Shown here: piece after piece, positions 1 through 12,887 of the stretch | Layout: each line of letters opens with the position of its first letter | Position numbering within the stretch: the stretch's first letter is position 1 | Assembly: GCF_009914755.1 (NCBI RefSeq) | Contig: NC_060926.1 | Strand: one strand, 5' to 3' | Source of the DNA: the human T2T-CHM13v2.0 reference genome, Homo sapiens | Length of the DNA stretch: 64,000 nt | Position numbers and translations under genes: made by a program | The notes under the pieces: generated by a model | Told to the model about the DNA's origin: nothing | What the model saw: the letters and a program-made list of their open reading frames with translations, nothing else | The model's database searches: none

Positions 1-159
1 TGAATAAATTATAAGAAAATAAATCTTATAGTAATATTTTTATAAACATAGATGCATCCCTCTTCTCCCTAAAATTTAGAAAACTGAATGGAGTTTGAAG
101 AATGTAAAGATGGTTTAACATTTAAAAATCAATGTAATTCACCATATTGACAGAAAAAG

Positions 160-232
160 ATGTATATGTATACATACACACCACACATATATATATTCAC
201 AAACACGTATAAATATATATACACACACATAT
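160..232. repeat. (TA)n/(CA)n mixed microsatellite inside the old L1
   Basis: tgtatatgtatacatacacaccacacatatatata... read directly. Confidence 0.8.
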
Positions 233-1664
233 GATCTTCTTAATACATGCCAAAATAAAAGTAATATTGAATACAAATTTATCATTTTAAAAATGCTCTG
301 TTAAGCTAGAAGTGCCAGGGAATTTTCCTCAATGTGACAAAGGGCACCTATGAAAAGTTGCTTTCAAAATCATACTTAACTATAAAAAAACTAAATTTTT
401 CCTCTCTAAGATCAGGAACAAAGCAAAAATATCCACAGACAACTTTTATTCAGTATTCCATTGGAGGTTGTTACCACTGTAATAAGGTAGGAAAAATAAA
501 ACATACACATTGAATATTAAGAAGTAAAACTGTCCTTATTAATGGATTAAATGATTGTTATTACAGGAATTTCTAATGAATTCACACAAAACAACATTAT
601 AACTAATAATTAGCTTTTTCAACCTTATACAGGGAGAATTTTAAAAATCAGTTGTATTTTTATATGCTAGCAATTAATATTTAGAAATACAAATTTAAAT
701 ACAACACGATTTAAAATAGTGTAAAATTGTAGAAATCCACAGGGATGCATTTAAGAAATAATAAATAAAGCTTATATACCAAATGTTATTAAACATTGCT
801 GAGAGAAATTAGAGACATAAACAAATAGAAAGATATATAATGTTCACAGATCTAAAGACTTAATATTGTTAAAATTTCAATTATCCCTATAACTGGTCTA
901 TGGATTCAATATAATTATAATGAAAATCCAAAGAGTTTTATTAAAGAAATTAACCGGCCAGTTACAAAATTTATATAAAATTTATAAAAAATTTATATAA
1001 AATTAAATGGTCCAAAAAATTAATGTGTACTTAACAGTGAATGTTAAAAGAGAAGTGAGAGGACTTACATTATCTGATTTCAATACTCAGCATAGAGCTA
1101 CATTAATCAAGACCATGTGGCATTGTGCAAAAACAGAAATATAGATAATGGAAGCAAAGGAAGAGTTCAAAAGTAGACCCAGACATATATGAGTAATAAA
1201 TAATGATTTTCAATAAATGAGCCTAGGTAATTCAATGGAGAAGTAATGCTCTTTAATAATAATTGGTGCTAGAGCAATTGGAAGCCATATGAAATAAAAT
1301 GAGACACCTCAACCCTTATGTTACCGCCATATACAAATTTATCTCAAAATACATGATAACCCTAAATATAAGAACTAAAAGTATAAAATTTCTAGAAGAA
1401 AGCATAATCGAATCAAAAGACTACACAAAAATATCCCATATTATAAAAGAAAGAATGATAATTTGGAATTCAATATAATTAAATTTTTTATTCTGTTAAG
1501 AAAATACAACAGCAAGGCAAAGATTGTGGGAAACTATTTGCAAAGCATCTGTCCAATAAAGAACCTATATTCAGAAAACTAAGCCTGCTTGAAAGTCAAT
1601 AATAAGACAACAAAAATTAATTTCATGAGTGATATATTGGAATAGACATTACATTAAAGAAGAT

Positions 1665-1874
1665 TTGCTAAGAGGATAGATCTTAAGAGTTCTCAGGAAA
1701 GAAGGATGGAAGGAAAGAGGGAAGATAGAAAGAAATAACTATGTGAGGTGATGGATATATCAATTGGCTTGCTTGTGCTAATCATATGACAATGTACACA
1801 TATGTCAAAACATCAAGCTGTAGACTTTATACAATTCCTATTCATCAATTATATCTTAATAAAGCCCAAAAATA
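1665..1874 (+). mobile_element. Short 5'-truncated L1MA9/L1MB-type 3' end nested in the older L1
   Basis: 'gctaagaggatagatcttaagagttctca...tatgtgaggtgatggatatatcaattggcttg...ttaataaagc'; flanked by near-TSD attaaagaagat (1653-1664) / attaagaagat (1875-1885). Confidence 0.8.
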
Positions 1875-3519
1875 ATTAAGAAGATATAAGAATGGTAATA
1901 AGTACTTGAAAATATGGTCAACATTTTTTTCTCACTAGGAAAACACTAATCAAAACCACAAAGCAGAATCACTTTACCACCAATAGAATGACTAATACAA
2001 AATATGTTTGACTATACCAAGTGTTGATGAGGATGTGGAACAGCTGAAATTTTCATAAATTGCTGGTAGCAATAAAGAATGGTACAGCCACTATTGAAAG
2101 AAGTTTCTTACAACATTTACAAAGTTTCTTACAAAGATTTATAAGGTTAAGTATATATTTTGTCATATGACCCAGCATATGTCTATAGAAAGACTTGTAT
2201 GTTAATCTTTGTGGAAACTTTGTTCATAATAATCCCAAATTGGAAATTATCCAAACATCCAACAACTAGCAAATGAATAAAAGAATTGTGGTTTATTCAC
2301 ACAATTGAATAAAATGGAAAATCTATTCTGATACACTTGACAATGTGTGTGAACCTCTAAGGCGTTACGCTAAGTAGGTTAGCCACAAGAAAGTATGAAC
2401 TATATGATTCCATTTAAATAACATTCCTTTTAAAAAGGCAAAAGTATACTAGTAGAAAGTAGGTTGGTGGTTGTCAACAGCTAGAGAATGAAGAAGTAAA
2501 TTAAATACAGAAAAGGCAGGAAATATTTGGGGATGGTGGAAGTGTTTTATATCAGAACTGTGGTGGTCACATTTATCTGGATGTAGAAATGAAACTGAAA
2601 ACAGGAGATATATTGAAGCTTTGCAACTCATAAAATATCATCTTATATATAAAACTTTGCATGTTTCATAAACCTAAAACAGTATGTATTTTTCATTGGC
2701 TAAATGGTGAGCAGTCTGAAAATTATTATGTAACAAATTTAGTAAAAAATAACAATGTACATTTAATATATTGTCACTAATAATTCCTGAGGAAAAAAAA
2801 CCATTAAAGTTGAGGAGAAATAATACGTACAATAGAGCCTATTAATTAATCATTAAATCAACATATACTCCCTTCATTAAAGAAAGCATCACCAGATCAT
2901 ATTGTTGCCATTCATTCAATAATGTGTTAGGTTAAATTATTCTACTAAATGACATATTTAGTTTATCTGCCTTCACTGTATTTTTTGGATCCAAACTTTA
3001 AGGTTTCAGACTTTTATTGCCTCATTTCTGGATCATCAAAGTAGTCTCCTAAATTCTTTCCCTTTTTTCTAAAGAATATTATCACTCTAAAGCATCCTAC
3101 TCATTAATATCACACTCATAATCTTGAAAACATCAAATTTTAATTGTACCCATATTGGAAACTATTTATAGTTTTTATTACTTCTTGAATAAAATCTAAG
3201 TTCTACTTATTATTCAAAGTCTCTACAATGGCATACTTCACCTATCCATCCTCAACTCCCACCACAACTATATATTAACAGATTCACTTCCTTATAAACT
3301 CCAGTGCCAAATATCCTCCCTTGTTATTCACGTTTTTTATTTCCTTTACCACCTCATTTCTCCACATGTAACTCAAATCCTACCATCTTTATAATTCTGG
3401 GACTCCTTTAATCATTCTTTCACTATCTTCTCATGAATCCCCAGGTATATTTACTTTTTGCCAGTCATGAGGTCATTTTCTTTGCATTGCTATATAAAAC
3501 TTTAAAAATCATTTAAGCT

Positions 3520-3635
3520 TTATAACTTATGAGGTAAGTAGTTTTATTTTCTCTATTTTACAGATGTGAAAACTAAAGGTGAAAAGGGTTAAGAAACTTA
3601 ACCAAGATTGCATAGCTAGCATGTGGCAGAACTAT
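3520..3635 (-). mobile_element. MIR SINE fragment
   Basis: 'ttttacagatgtgaaaactaaagg...ggttaagaaactta...catagctagcatgtggcaga' matches the reverse complement of the MIR core. Confidence 0.8.
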
Positions 3636-4126
3636 GGTAAGGTCTGCAAAAGCATGGATGTTGTTTTGTAATAATTTATTAGTTTCTGCAATTCCTGGCA
3701 CACATTAAAAAAGTACTTGATAAATACATTTTGAGTTGGTTGAGTAGGGGTTATTAAATTTATCTTTTATTTTGAAGGAGGCATTCTAGTTTGTGTCTGA
3801 CCGATTTTACTGCATGTTCAGGTACTTCTTACAAAATAGTGGGGCTACCTTACAAAAGACTATTTGTGAGAGAGACTGAGGAGCCTTGCTGGGGAAAACA
3901 TTCAACTTAAGTGGAAAATCATGAAAAGTTTATTTAGTTGTACAAAATCTTATCATGATGAGATACATAAATATTTCAGACTACTATAAAAAGGTCAAGG
4001 ACTAGGGTCTTATAATAAAGTAATTTAGAACTTTTGAAAAATCAATTCTATTGAGGTATAATTCATATGAAATAAAATGTACTCACTTTAAGGGTACAAT
4101 TAAAATAACGGTTTAAAAAATGTTTT

Positions 4127-4970
4127 ATCCTTTGGGTATATACACAGTAATGGGATTGCTGGGTCAGATGGTATTTCTAGTTCTATATCCTTGAGGAATC
4201 ACCACACTGTCTTCCACAATCGTTGAACTAATTTACACTCCCACCAACAGTGTAAAAGCATTCCTATTTCTCCATGTCCTCTCCAGCATCTGCTGTTTCC
4301 TGACTTTTTAATGATCGCCATTCTAACTGGTGTGAGATGGTATCTCATTGTGGTTTTGATTTGCATTTCTCTGATGACCAGTGATGATGAGCATTTTTTC
4401 ATGTGTCTGTTGGCTGCAAAAATGTCTTCTTTTGAAGAGTGTCTGTTCATATCCTTTGCCCACTTTTTGATAGAGTTGTTTGTTTTTTTCTTTTAAATTT
4501 GTTTATTTGTAGATTCTGTATATAAGCCCTTTGTCAGATTGGTAGATTGCAAAAATTTTCTCCCTTTCTGTAGGTTGCCTGTTCACTCTGATGGTAGTTT
4601 ATTTTCCTGTGCAGAAGCTCTTTAGTTTAATTAGATCCCATTTGTCTATGTTGGCTTCTGTTGCCATTGCTTTTGGTGTTTTAGTCATGAAGTCTTTGCC
4701 CATGCCTATGTCCTGAATGGTATTATTTAAGTTTTCTTCTGGGTTTTTTACGGTTTTAGGTCTAACATTTAAGTCTTTAATCCATCTTCAATTAATTTTT
4801 ATATAAGGTGTAAGGAAAGGATCCAGTTTCAGCTTTCTACATATGGCTAGCCAGTTTTCCCAGCAGCATTTATTAAATAGAGAATCCTTTCCCCATTTCT
4901 TGTTTTTGTCAGGTTTGTCAAAGATCAGATGGTTGTAGATGTGTGGTGTTATTTCTGAGGCCTCTGTTCT
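4127..4970 (-). mobile_element. Inverted 5' segment of a twin-primed L1PA (about L1PA5/6), ORF2 C-terminal region
   Basis: Antisense L1 sequence; ORF 4199..4450(-) [10 protein letters not shown]...CWRG...HCWWECKL is the ORF2p Cys-rich C-terminus. Confidence 0.93.
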
Positions 4971-5406
4971 ACTCACAATAGCAAAGACTTGGAACCAACC
5001 CAAATGTCCATCAACAATAGACTGGATTAAGAAAATGTGGCACCATGGAATACTATGCAGCCATAAAAAAGGATGAGTTCATGTCCTTTGCACGGACATA
5101 GATGAGGCTGGAAACCATCCTTCTCAACAAACTATCACAAAGACAGAAAACCAAACACCACATGTTCTCACTCATAGGTGGGAACTGAGCAATGAGAGCA
5201 CTTGGACAAAGGGTGGGGAACATCACACACTGGGGCCTGTCGGTGGGTGCGGGCTGGAGGAGGGATAGCATTAGGAGAAATACCTAATGTAAATGACGAG
5301 TTGATGGGTGCAGCACACCAACATGGCACATGGCACCTATGTATCAAACCTGCACGTTGTACACATGTACCCTAGAACTTAAAGTATAATAAAAAATAAA
5401 ATAAAA
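4969..5406 (+). mobile_element. Non-inverted 3' end and poly(A) of the same twin-primed L1PA
   Basis: 'cacaatagcaaagacttggaaccaacccaaatgtcc...gtaccctagaacttaaagtataataaaaa' is the L1PA ORF2 end, 3'UTR and A tail. Confidence 0.93.
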
Positions 5407-5520
5407 TTATCTTGAGATCATTATCGGCCCACATGTAGTTATAAGAAACAATACATAGTGATCTTTTATACTTTCACTGGTTTCTCCCAATGGTGTCACA
5501 TTTATAACTATAGTACAATG
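5407..5520 (-). mobile_element. Old L1MC/MD-type 3' end fragment; another old L1 3' piece lies at about 4040-4100
   Basis: 'cacatgtagttataagaaacaatacatag...tttctcccaatggtgtcacatttataactatagtacaat'. Confidence 0.55.
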
Positions 5521-5544
5521 TGTGGACTCTAAAAAGTACAGGAA

Positions 5545-6050
5545 AATGGGTGGGCATCTCTTGGTATGTTGGGGGTCCCCAATAACACCCTCAGGCTTAT
5601 TGATCACTAGAATGACTCACAGGACTCATAACATTGTTATAGTTTATTACAGTGAAGAGTAAAGACTAATATCATCAAAAGGAAAGGTACACAAGTGAAG
5701 TTCAGGAGAATCCAGGTGTAAGATTCCAGATGTTATCTCCCAGTGAAGCCATATTTAGACAGGATTGATTTTCCCAGAAATGATGTATTATCACACATGT
5801 GAAATTTTGCCTGCCAGGGAAGCTTACCCGAGACTTGGTGCTTAAGATTTTAATTGGAGATGAGTAAGAGAGGTGTGCAGTACCTGTGTGACTGACATCA
5901 GCTCTTCAGACTCTAGATCCCCAGATGTCAAACTGATACAGAATCATCAAAGGCCTCAGGCACAAAAAACACTCTTATCAAGCAGGATGTTCCAAGGACT
6001 CAGAGATCAATTCCCAGGATCCAAACCAAGGGCTAGTCCTGCCAATAGGT
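5545..6050 (-). mobile_element. MER21/MER77-like LTR
   Basis: 'ggggtccccaataacaccctcagg...actagaatgactcacaggactca...tttattacagtgaag...gggaagcttacccgagacttggtg'. Confidence 0.65.
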
Positions 6051-6439
6051 CTTTTTGGGGGTGGAGTTGGGGGGAAGAGCAGGCATTGGGAAACCCAGGC
6101 AGGTAATCTCTGGTGCTTGTCTAATCCAAGGGTTCTTTGGAATGAATTTTCTTATGACATTATTTTGGACTATTATTGAAAGAAAAAACGGAGATCTGCT
6201 GACACTCTGTGTCAGAGAGAGAGAGCAGTTTTTAATGGTTGTGTTAACTTCTATCACAATGTATCACTATGGAGGAGAGGGCTTATTGGCTGCACTAGAC
6301 ACCAGAAGTGGTCTTCAAAAGTTAGGCTAGAGGGTAGAATTGAAGATTGTGCACAAACCTCATTATTCCAAGCCATACCTCTTTCTCCATAGTCCTCTGT
6401 ATGATTTTACTAAGATGTTTTAGATTTTCTCTTTCTTTC

Positions 6440-6550
6440 GTTTAGACACACTTTCAGTTCCTTGGAGACCATGTGTTATTTATTTCAATATTCCTAATAT
6501 TGAATTGCCATCTGGCACACAGCAGGGTCCAATAAATGTTGTTTAATGAA
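6440..6550 (+). mobile_element. L2 3' tail
   Basis: 'tctggcacacagcagggtccaataaatgttgtttaatgaa' resembles the L2 terminal motif. Confidence 0.65.
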
Positions 6551-6945
6551 AGAAGAAAGAGAAGCAAACCTCGTGAATATATGAATGGATGGATGGAAGG
6601 GAGGCAAGGTGGATGCAAAGAAGGAAGAAAACTAAGCAGGATGGATGATTGGAAGGAAGTTATGGCAGATGAGAGGAAAGGAAAAGTAGGAGGCTATGGG
6701 GATGAATTAGAGAAAATGAAAAGAGAGAAAAATAGAAAGAGGAAGGATGAAATGAAGGAAGCAAGGGAAGAAAGATGGAATGGAAGGAGGAAGAGAAGAA
6801 GGCAGAAATAAAGGGAAAGATAAAGATAAAGAAAAAAGTAAAGGAAGTTTGAATAAAAGGAAAAAAGAAATAGTGGAAAGAAGGAAAGATCAAAATGAAG
6901 GAAGGAAGTAGAAAGAAGGAAAGAGAAAGGAAGGAAGAAATTAAG
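6548..6945. repeat. ~400 bp purine-rich (GGAA/GAAA/GGAT) low-complexity tract
   Basis: Predominantly A/G on the + strand; produces the spurious K/E/R-rich and F/S/L-rich ORFs. Confidence 0.9.
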
Positions 6946-7061
6946 GTAACCATGAGCCCACCATAACTTTTGTGGAAGATGGCCATTCCTACTACTACAC
7001 ACTCTAATAACCAATTAAAACAGCACCACCCCAAATCCACACCAACACCCCCATCTCACAT

Positions 7062-7111
7062 GAAAGGAAATAACTACCTAATTTCCGAAAGGAAATAACT
7101 ACCTAATTTCC
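7062..7111. repeat. Perfect 25 bp tandem duplication (gaaaggaaataactacctaatttcc)x2
   Basis: Copies at 7062-7086 and 7087-7111 are identical. Confidence 0.95.
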
Positions 7112-8513
7112 AAGAACCATTAAAAAAGCTACTCCTAAATAAACATAGATATGCTTCATTCAAGTTGATTACAATCACACCATATGCTTGGTAGTGTAAA
7201 GGAGTCAGAAATAATTTCCTACAAACTGACATCCATTTTAATGACATTACAAAGAATAAATATGTATATAGAGTAAAGCAGCATGCTTATTTTCAATACA
7301 AAACAAATCCCATCTTGAAACTGCTAAATGGAAATATGTATTTGCAATTAAATACTTTGTGCTTGACTATATATCAAAGATAATCATATTGGCAAGTGGT
7401 TGTTATTGATGGTAACAGCAAAACCCAGGACTTATACATGCAACTCCATGTGCGTTCCTATTTGTTTTCAGTGTCTTTTCCTCTTCAACCTTCTCTGTAC
7501 TGACTTTAAAGGGGACTTTGTTCACAGAGGGAGACAGGTGAGGGAACAACACTGTTGTCTCTCTCAGCTCTGTTTTATATCTAAGAAAATTGAGATCCAG
7601 AGGAGATTTGCTTTAGGTCACAAAAATGAGTTCAGCTCAGTTCATTTCCCAGCCTTGTAACTAATACATAAATCTCATGCCCTTCCTAACTGCTAAAACA
7701 TACTCCTTCTTCTAAATCTGTTAAATTTCTAAATTGGATCACTAATTTGAATGTTTCTTTTTAACCAGCACTGCATATCTAAGCCATACTGCACTTTCAA
7801 GCACATTTTAGCAATGGTTTACAGCACTTGGATCTTGAAATTCTTTGAGATGTTTTTACCCGATGAGGACATATTTAATCTTTTCAAAGATAAATTTTCA
7901 CTTATTTTTCTGTAATTTGTGCTAACTAAATATTCTGCCTCTTCTTGGTCAAAATATAATTATAAAATGGTATCACCCTAATATTTTATTTCAAGCCTTC
8001 TGCATTAAATTCTTTTGCTGAATATTCTCAATGTGTTTTATAAATGGAATTAATCTGAATAACAAAACTGTGGTGTCTGCCCTCCCTTGAATTAGTCGTT
8101 AACATTATTAGCTCTGGATAGAATTAAGCATTAGAAATAATGCTGATCAACGACACACATTCTTCCTATTGTACTTTTGAAGATTTAATTTCTTACCATG
8201 TTTTATCTGAATTAGTATTTCATAGCATAATGTCACATAGCAGCAAATAATACTGGATCATTTTCCCTGGCAGATCATTTGTCACTATCATTTCTTGTTA
8301 TGCTATCAACTATAATCTAAAAAATGAATTCAGGTCAGAAATTCCTCTTTCAATTCTTTTCACTTTTGTTTCATGACATTTTGTCATTCACCATTATGGC
8401 TCAAAATGGGTTTTCTTATACCTTCGCCTGGCAGACACTACATTATGAAACATGCTGAAAATAAGACTAAGAGAAAAGAGACATTTTACCAATAGAAATC
8501 CTTTGTTCTAAAC

Positions 8514-8728
8514 TAAGCTGGTTCAACCAGTGGCTCATGGGCCACATGTGGCCCAGGAAGGCTTTGAATGTGGCCCAACACAAATCTGTACACTTTCTTA
8601 AAACATTATGAGACTTTTTGGCAATTTTTTAAGCTCTTCAGTTATCGTTAGTGTTAGTGTATGTTATGTGTGGCCCAAGACAATTCTTCCAATGTGGCCC
8701 AGGGAAGCCAAAAAATTGAACACCCCTG
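8514..8728 (-). mobile_element. MER30 (hAT-Charlie MITE), essentially complete
   Basis: 'ggcccaggaaggctttgaatgtggcccaacacaaat...gtggcccagggaagccaaaaaattgaacacccctg'; flanked by tctaaac on both sides. Confidence 0.9.
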
Positions 8729-9004
8729 TCTAAACAATTGCTTAAATAGTCAGTGAAACAAACCACCTTGGGCATTGGGTTCATGTGTGGTATTTTTAAG
8801 TCAGTTTCTGTAATAATAATTCAGCATAGTTCCAGAATCTAGCACCATTATAAAGACTTTCAACATTGGTGCCTGTATTAAGCAATTAATATTGGCATTG
8901 TCAGCTGAGATAAATTAGAAAAGTTCAGGTTATCTCATCAGCTTTGGCACTGATACAAGATTAAGTGGTAGAGGAGGGAGTTCCTTTCATGGTGTACTTG
9001 GAAG

Positions 9005-9435
9005 CGTATCTTTTAGTATTGTACTTGACTGCAAGCAACCCAAAACTCTACACTAACATACTTGACTCAGAAAGTCTGTCAGTCTTAAGCCATAAGAGTC
9101 TTCGTTACTCCTGGACCAGACAGCTCAAGCATATGCCATTAGAGACACAGAGTTGTTCTATCTTCTGCTTGACTCTCTTGCTCATGTTTGTTGCTTCCTG
9201 GCTGCAAAATAGCTACTGTATTTCCAGGCTTCCAATTCCAGACAAGGTGATATAAGGCAAGAAGAAAAAAAAAGGGGGCAAAAGGGCAGAAAAGGATGTA
9301 CATGCTGAATCTGTCTCCTTTTTTTAAATTCAGGAAAACCTTCATATTCTCAGAATTCCCACCTAGCAAACGTTCTTTTATGACTCTTGGTCAGAACAAT
9401 GCATCACAGCCACCCTCAACTGGAAAGTGGCTAGT
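9005..9435 (-). mobile_element. Ancient MLT1 (MLT1J/K/L-like) MaLR LTR
   Basis: 'gactgcaagcaacccaaaactc' ... 'tcttggtcagaacaatgcatcacagccaccctcaactggaaag'. Confidence 0.55.
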
Positions 9436-11179
9436 TACTTTAACAAGGTTTACTTGATATCTGAAATTGTTCCACAGAGTTTTCTTCCTCTCTCAAATGC
9501 AAAGTTCTTAAGAAAATGTACACATGCTCAGGCAATAAAATATCCTCATTCCATACTCTTCCTCACATAATTCCTCCCCAAAATACTTTGACAGAAACAA
9601 AGATGTTTAGTAACCCAATGTTCTGACCATTAGATTTCCAATGTTTAAATCAAAAACATGACTGCTAAAAGCAAAATTTAAGAAATATACTAGGAAATCA
9701 TTTGGAGAAAACTCTATTTTTCTAATGCCTCTCAAATCATACTACACCCAACACATACAAATAAGACTACTTCTTAACTAGATTATGATTTCCAAAGAGT
9801 TTCACTTTCTTTCATTCTTTCTATGTCATACCAGCATAGCAGAATGACTCCCTACTATTCTCAACAAAACTCAGCATCAAAAGTTTATCAGTCAAGGGTC
9901 CGTCATATGGTGGCTCAGTTGATATGACCAACATTTTGCTACTTTTTCAATCATGCTGAGTTGAACATAGGCCATGATTCTCTAATCAGGAAATGTAACT
10001 ATAACTTGGGAACAGAAAAATATATATAATTATATATATATGTAATGCTATATAATTTTATTATTGATACATATATACTGATGCAAACGTTTGGCCATCT
10101 GTAATTATACATAAGCCTCTTTTATTGTTTAGCTGTGTAGCATTAAGAGCCATTACTTTTCAGTGATAAAGATTCCATTAAACTTATAAAACATTTGCAT
10201 ATCTCTATGGCAGATTGCTGGAAGAGAATAAGTCGGTAGCATATTACTATATTTTTAAAATAATTTTTACAAAGCTCTTCATTCTAACAAATAGCTTGCT
10301 CTGCTTCAACTTCTTTGTTTTAATAGTTTATTTAGTAGAGTCATAAGTTTTAACTGCATTATTTGGGAACAAGTAGTTCATAAATGTGCACAGATTATTA
10401 ATGGGAGACATTCTTGTATTAGGATATTTCACATGAAGCAGTATATTTTAAAATATAAATAAAATTTTAAGTAACTTGTTATTTATATTTTCTGACATGT
10501 TTGAAGAAAGACTCCATTAAATAGAGTAATAGTGTTAAAATATATGCTGCATGTAAATACATATTATAACATCTGTACAGTTTACAAATGTGAATCTAAA
10601 TGAAAGGGGACTTCATTTAATAGACATTATTTAGCTTAACGTAGTACCTATGATTGATCATTAAAATTCACTCTATGTTTTTGGGTATTCAAGGGGTAAA
10701 GGAAAATGAAATTGTTATATAATTGTATTGCTTGATACATAATTTATTATTTCAAGATAAACCAATATCATTTGGGTATTAAATTCTAAAATTAATATAT
10801 GGTTATTTGTCCCAGGAACATACACAAATGGCTATAAAAACACAAAATAAGAAGAAGAAAATTGTGACATAAAGATAGAGAAATAAGTCCATGAAGAATT
10901 AATAGAATTCTGATGAGTAGAGAGGGGCGAAGGTTTTACAATTTTTTAAATAGTTGCTATTTCATATTTCATCAAACTATCAATTACATTTATTTATTTG
11001 AAATCATTGATCTTTTAACCTATGATCTTTTAAGAAGATTCAACTAAATGTAATTACCCTGGCTGCAAATGATATAAAAATCTTCAGATGCAGTAGAAGG
11101 AAGTGGTTATGGAAATGTTCCTCAAAGTCTTTTGCCAATGGATAAAACCAAACATTTATTTGTCTACACAAAAACTTGG

Positions 11180-11560
11180 ATGATCAAAGGCCCCTATACA
11201 TTATAATATCTGCCTTTCTGTTGTGCTATTTTTCCCTCCTGAAATGTTATCTTCTCCCATCTTAGACAAAGAAACAAAAACAAACCAAACTTCATTATAT
11301 AGGGATCAGCTTAAATATTTGTTACTTCCCGTTGAAGCATTTATTGTTTATGTATGGTTGGTTATCTTCTTAAATTTCAATGTTTAGATGCCTCAGAATT
11401 CCATTTTGTCTTGAGTTATAGTTATTTCACCTATGTTTCTTCTAGAATTGGATTAGAAACTTCTTAAGGACATTTTCTGTTACCTATATATCTCCCCGCT
11501 GCCCACAATACCCAACATAGTTCTATGTATGTAGTTGATATATGATAATAATAAGCTATC
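11180..11560 (+). mobile_element. Degraded L2 3' region
   Basis: 'tgtgctatttttccctcctgaaatgttatcttc...cagcttaaatatt...cccacaatacccaacatagttc'. Confidence 0.45.
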
Positions 11561-12389
11561 TGAAAATAATTGATAATAAATGTCTATGCCTGAGATCTTG
11601 TCCATTAAGACTCATTCTAAGCCCTTAAGTATCTTTTAATTCTGAATGTTGAATATTTTGAATAGTAACTATCTACTGACCTTGGATATCTTGATGAAAA
11701 GGATTTAGGGAAACTTACAGGGAAATTGAGAGTTAATTAGGTTTGATAAAAGAAGCCTTTGGAGATACTGTTTATGGCACTGAAAATTAGTGCTTTGAAA
11801 TGAGAATGAAATTAATGCACTTCTCATATTTAACCCTTAAAAAATGTTACAACCCCTGTTAAAGCCTTTGGTCTGTCACAGAACTACCTGAAGAGTATGT
11901 TGAGAATTAAAATTGAAAGATTTAGTACCTAATTTTCCCAGCCTTCCCCACCCCCAAAAAATACTTACTAATGATGTAATGCAGGGGGCTAAACTAAGCT
12001 GGAAGTTCACTGAAAACTGGAGTACTCTGCATCTTTGGAATTTATTTGCATGAAAATTCACTCACATCCATTTGGGCTTTATGGCCAAGGGCTCTCATAT
12101 ATAGACAGAAATCTATACATGTTCACCTACTATTAAGAAAACACAATGGGGATTTAGACAAACATGAAACAACATTTTAAACAATTTACTACATGTGTTT
12201 TTACATTAAACTTTTAAAATTCCATATATAACTTTTAAAGAAATTTATTATTTATTTTTTTCAAGTGACCTTTGTAAATTAATAAACACATAAAGGATTT
12301 TGTTATTAGATTTGAAATCTATTTAAATGAATCTTTCACATATAACAAATTCTTTTACAACTCTGTCATATATGCTTGCTATATGACAT

Positions 12390-12512
12390 GTGTAATCTTC
12401 GCAAAGCAGGGTTTTTTTTCATTGTTTGTATTGTTTACCACTATATCCTCAGGACTTGAATAAGCATGCTTATCACATGGTAGGTGGTAATAAATATTTA
12501 TTTAATTAACTA
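12390..12512 (+). mobile_element. L2 3' tail
   Basis: 'gtttaccactatatcctcaggacttgaata...cacatggtaggtggtaataaatattt'. Confidence 0.65.
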
Positions 12513-12644
12513 ACACGATCACATTGCTTCTTTTTAAATATTAAACTAAATATCATTACCAAGTATTTATAAAGTGTATGTTTATATAGTATTCATATAA
12601 TCCTGCCAGGACCTATGAGTGCTATGAATGATACTAAAGTCCTT

Positions 12645-12876
12645 ACTCTGTTTGTCCCTATGAATCCATTATCCAATATTTTCCACCCTGTACTTTGCCC
12701 TAGGAGGCTGAACCACATGGACTGCATGATCAGCATTCCCTTGCCCTATGATTCTGATTAAGTTTATCAATGAGTGAACCAACCAGAGAGTGAGACCAAA
12801 GTATTTATTCTCTTGCAAGGTCAACCAGGGCTGGCTGTATCTCTCCACCAATGGTCACTGCTCTTCTCAAAGTGGT
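12645..12876 (+). mobile_element. LTR33 (ERVL) 5' half, truncated next to THE1
   Basis: 'ccaccctgtactttgccctaggaggctgaaccacatggactgcatg...cccttgccct...gtatttattc...gggctggctgtatctctccacc'. Confidence 0.7.
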
Positions 12877-12887
12877 TGATAAGCAAC

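Larger units (their letters stand above)
1..2580 (+). mobile_element. Ancient L1 (L1MC/L1ME-like) ORF2 3' half and 3' end, heavily decayed, interrupted at 1665-1874
   Basis: Degenerate ORF2 landmarks such as 'ctctaagatcaggaacaaagcaaaa', 'gacttacattatctgatttc' and 'gtgttgatgaggatgtggaacagctgaa'; L1M-type 3' end 'ggggatggtggaagtgttttatatc'. No long ORF survives. Confidence 0.85.

Noticed and set aside
6536-7040. Charged and hydrophobic 'membrane-like' ORFs
   Set aside because: Translation artefacts of the purine-rich tract
7062-7111. 25 bp direct repeat as a possible CRISPR-like unit
   Set aside because: Only two abutting copies, no spacers, eukaryotic context
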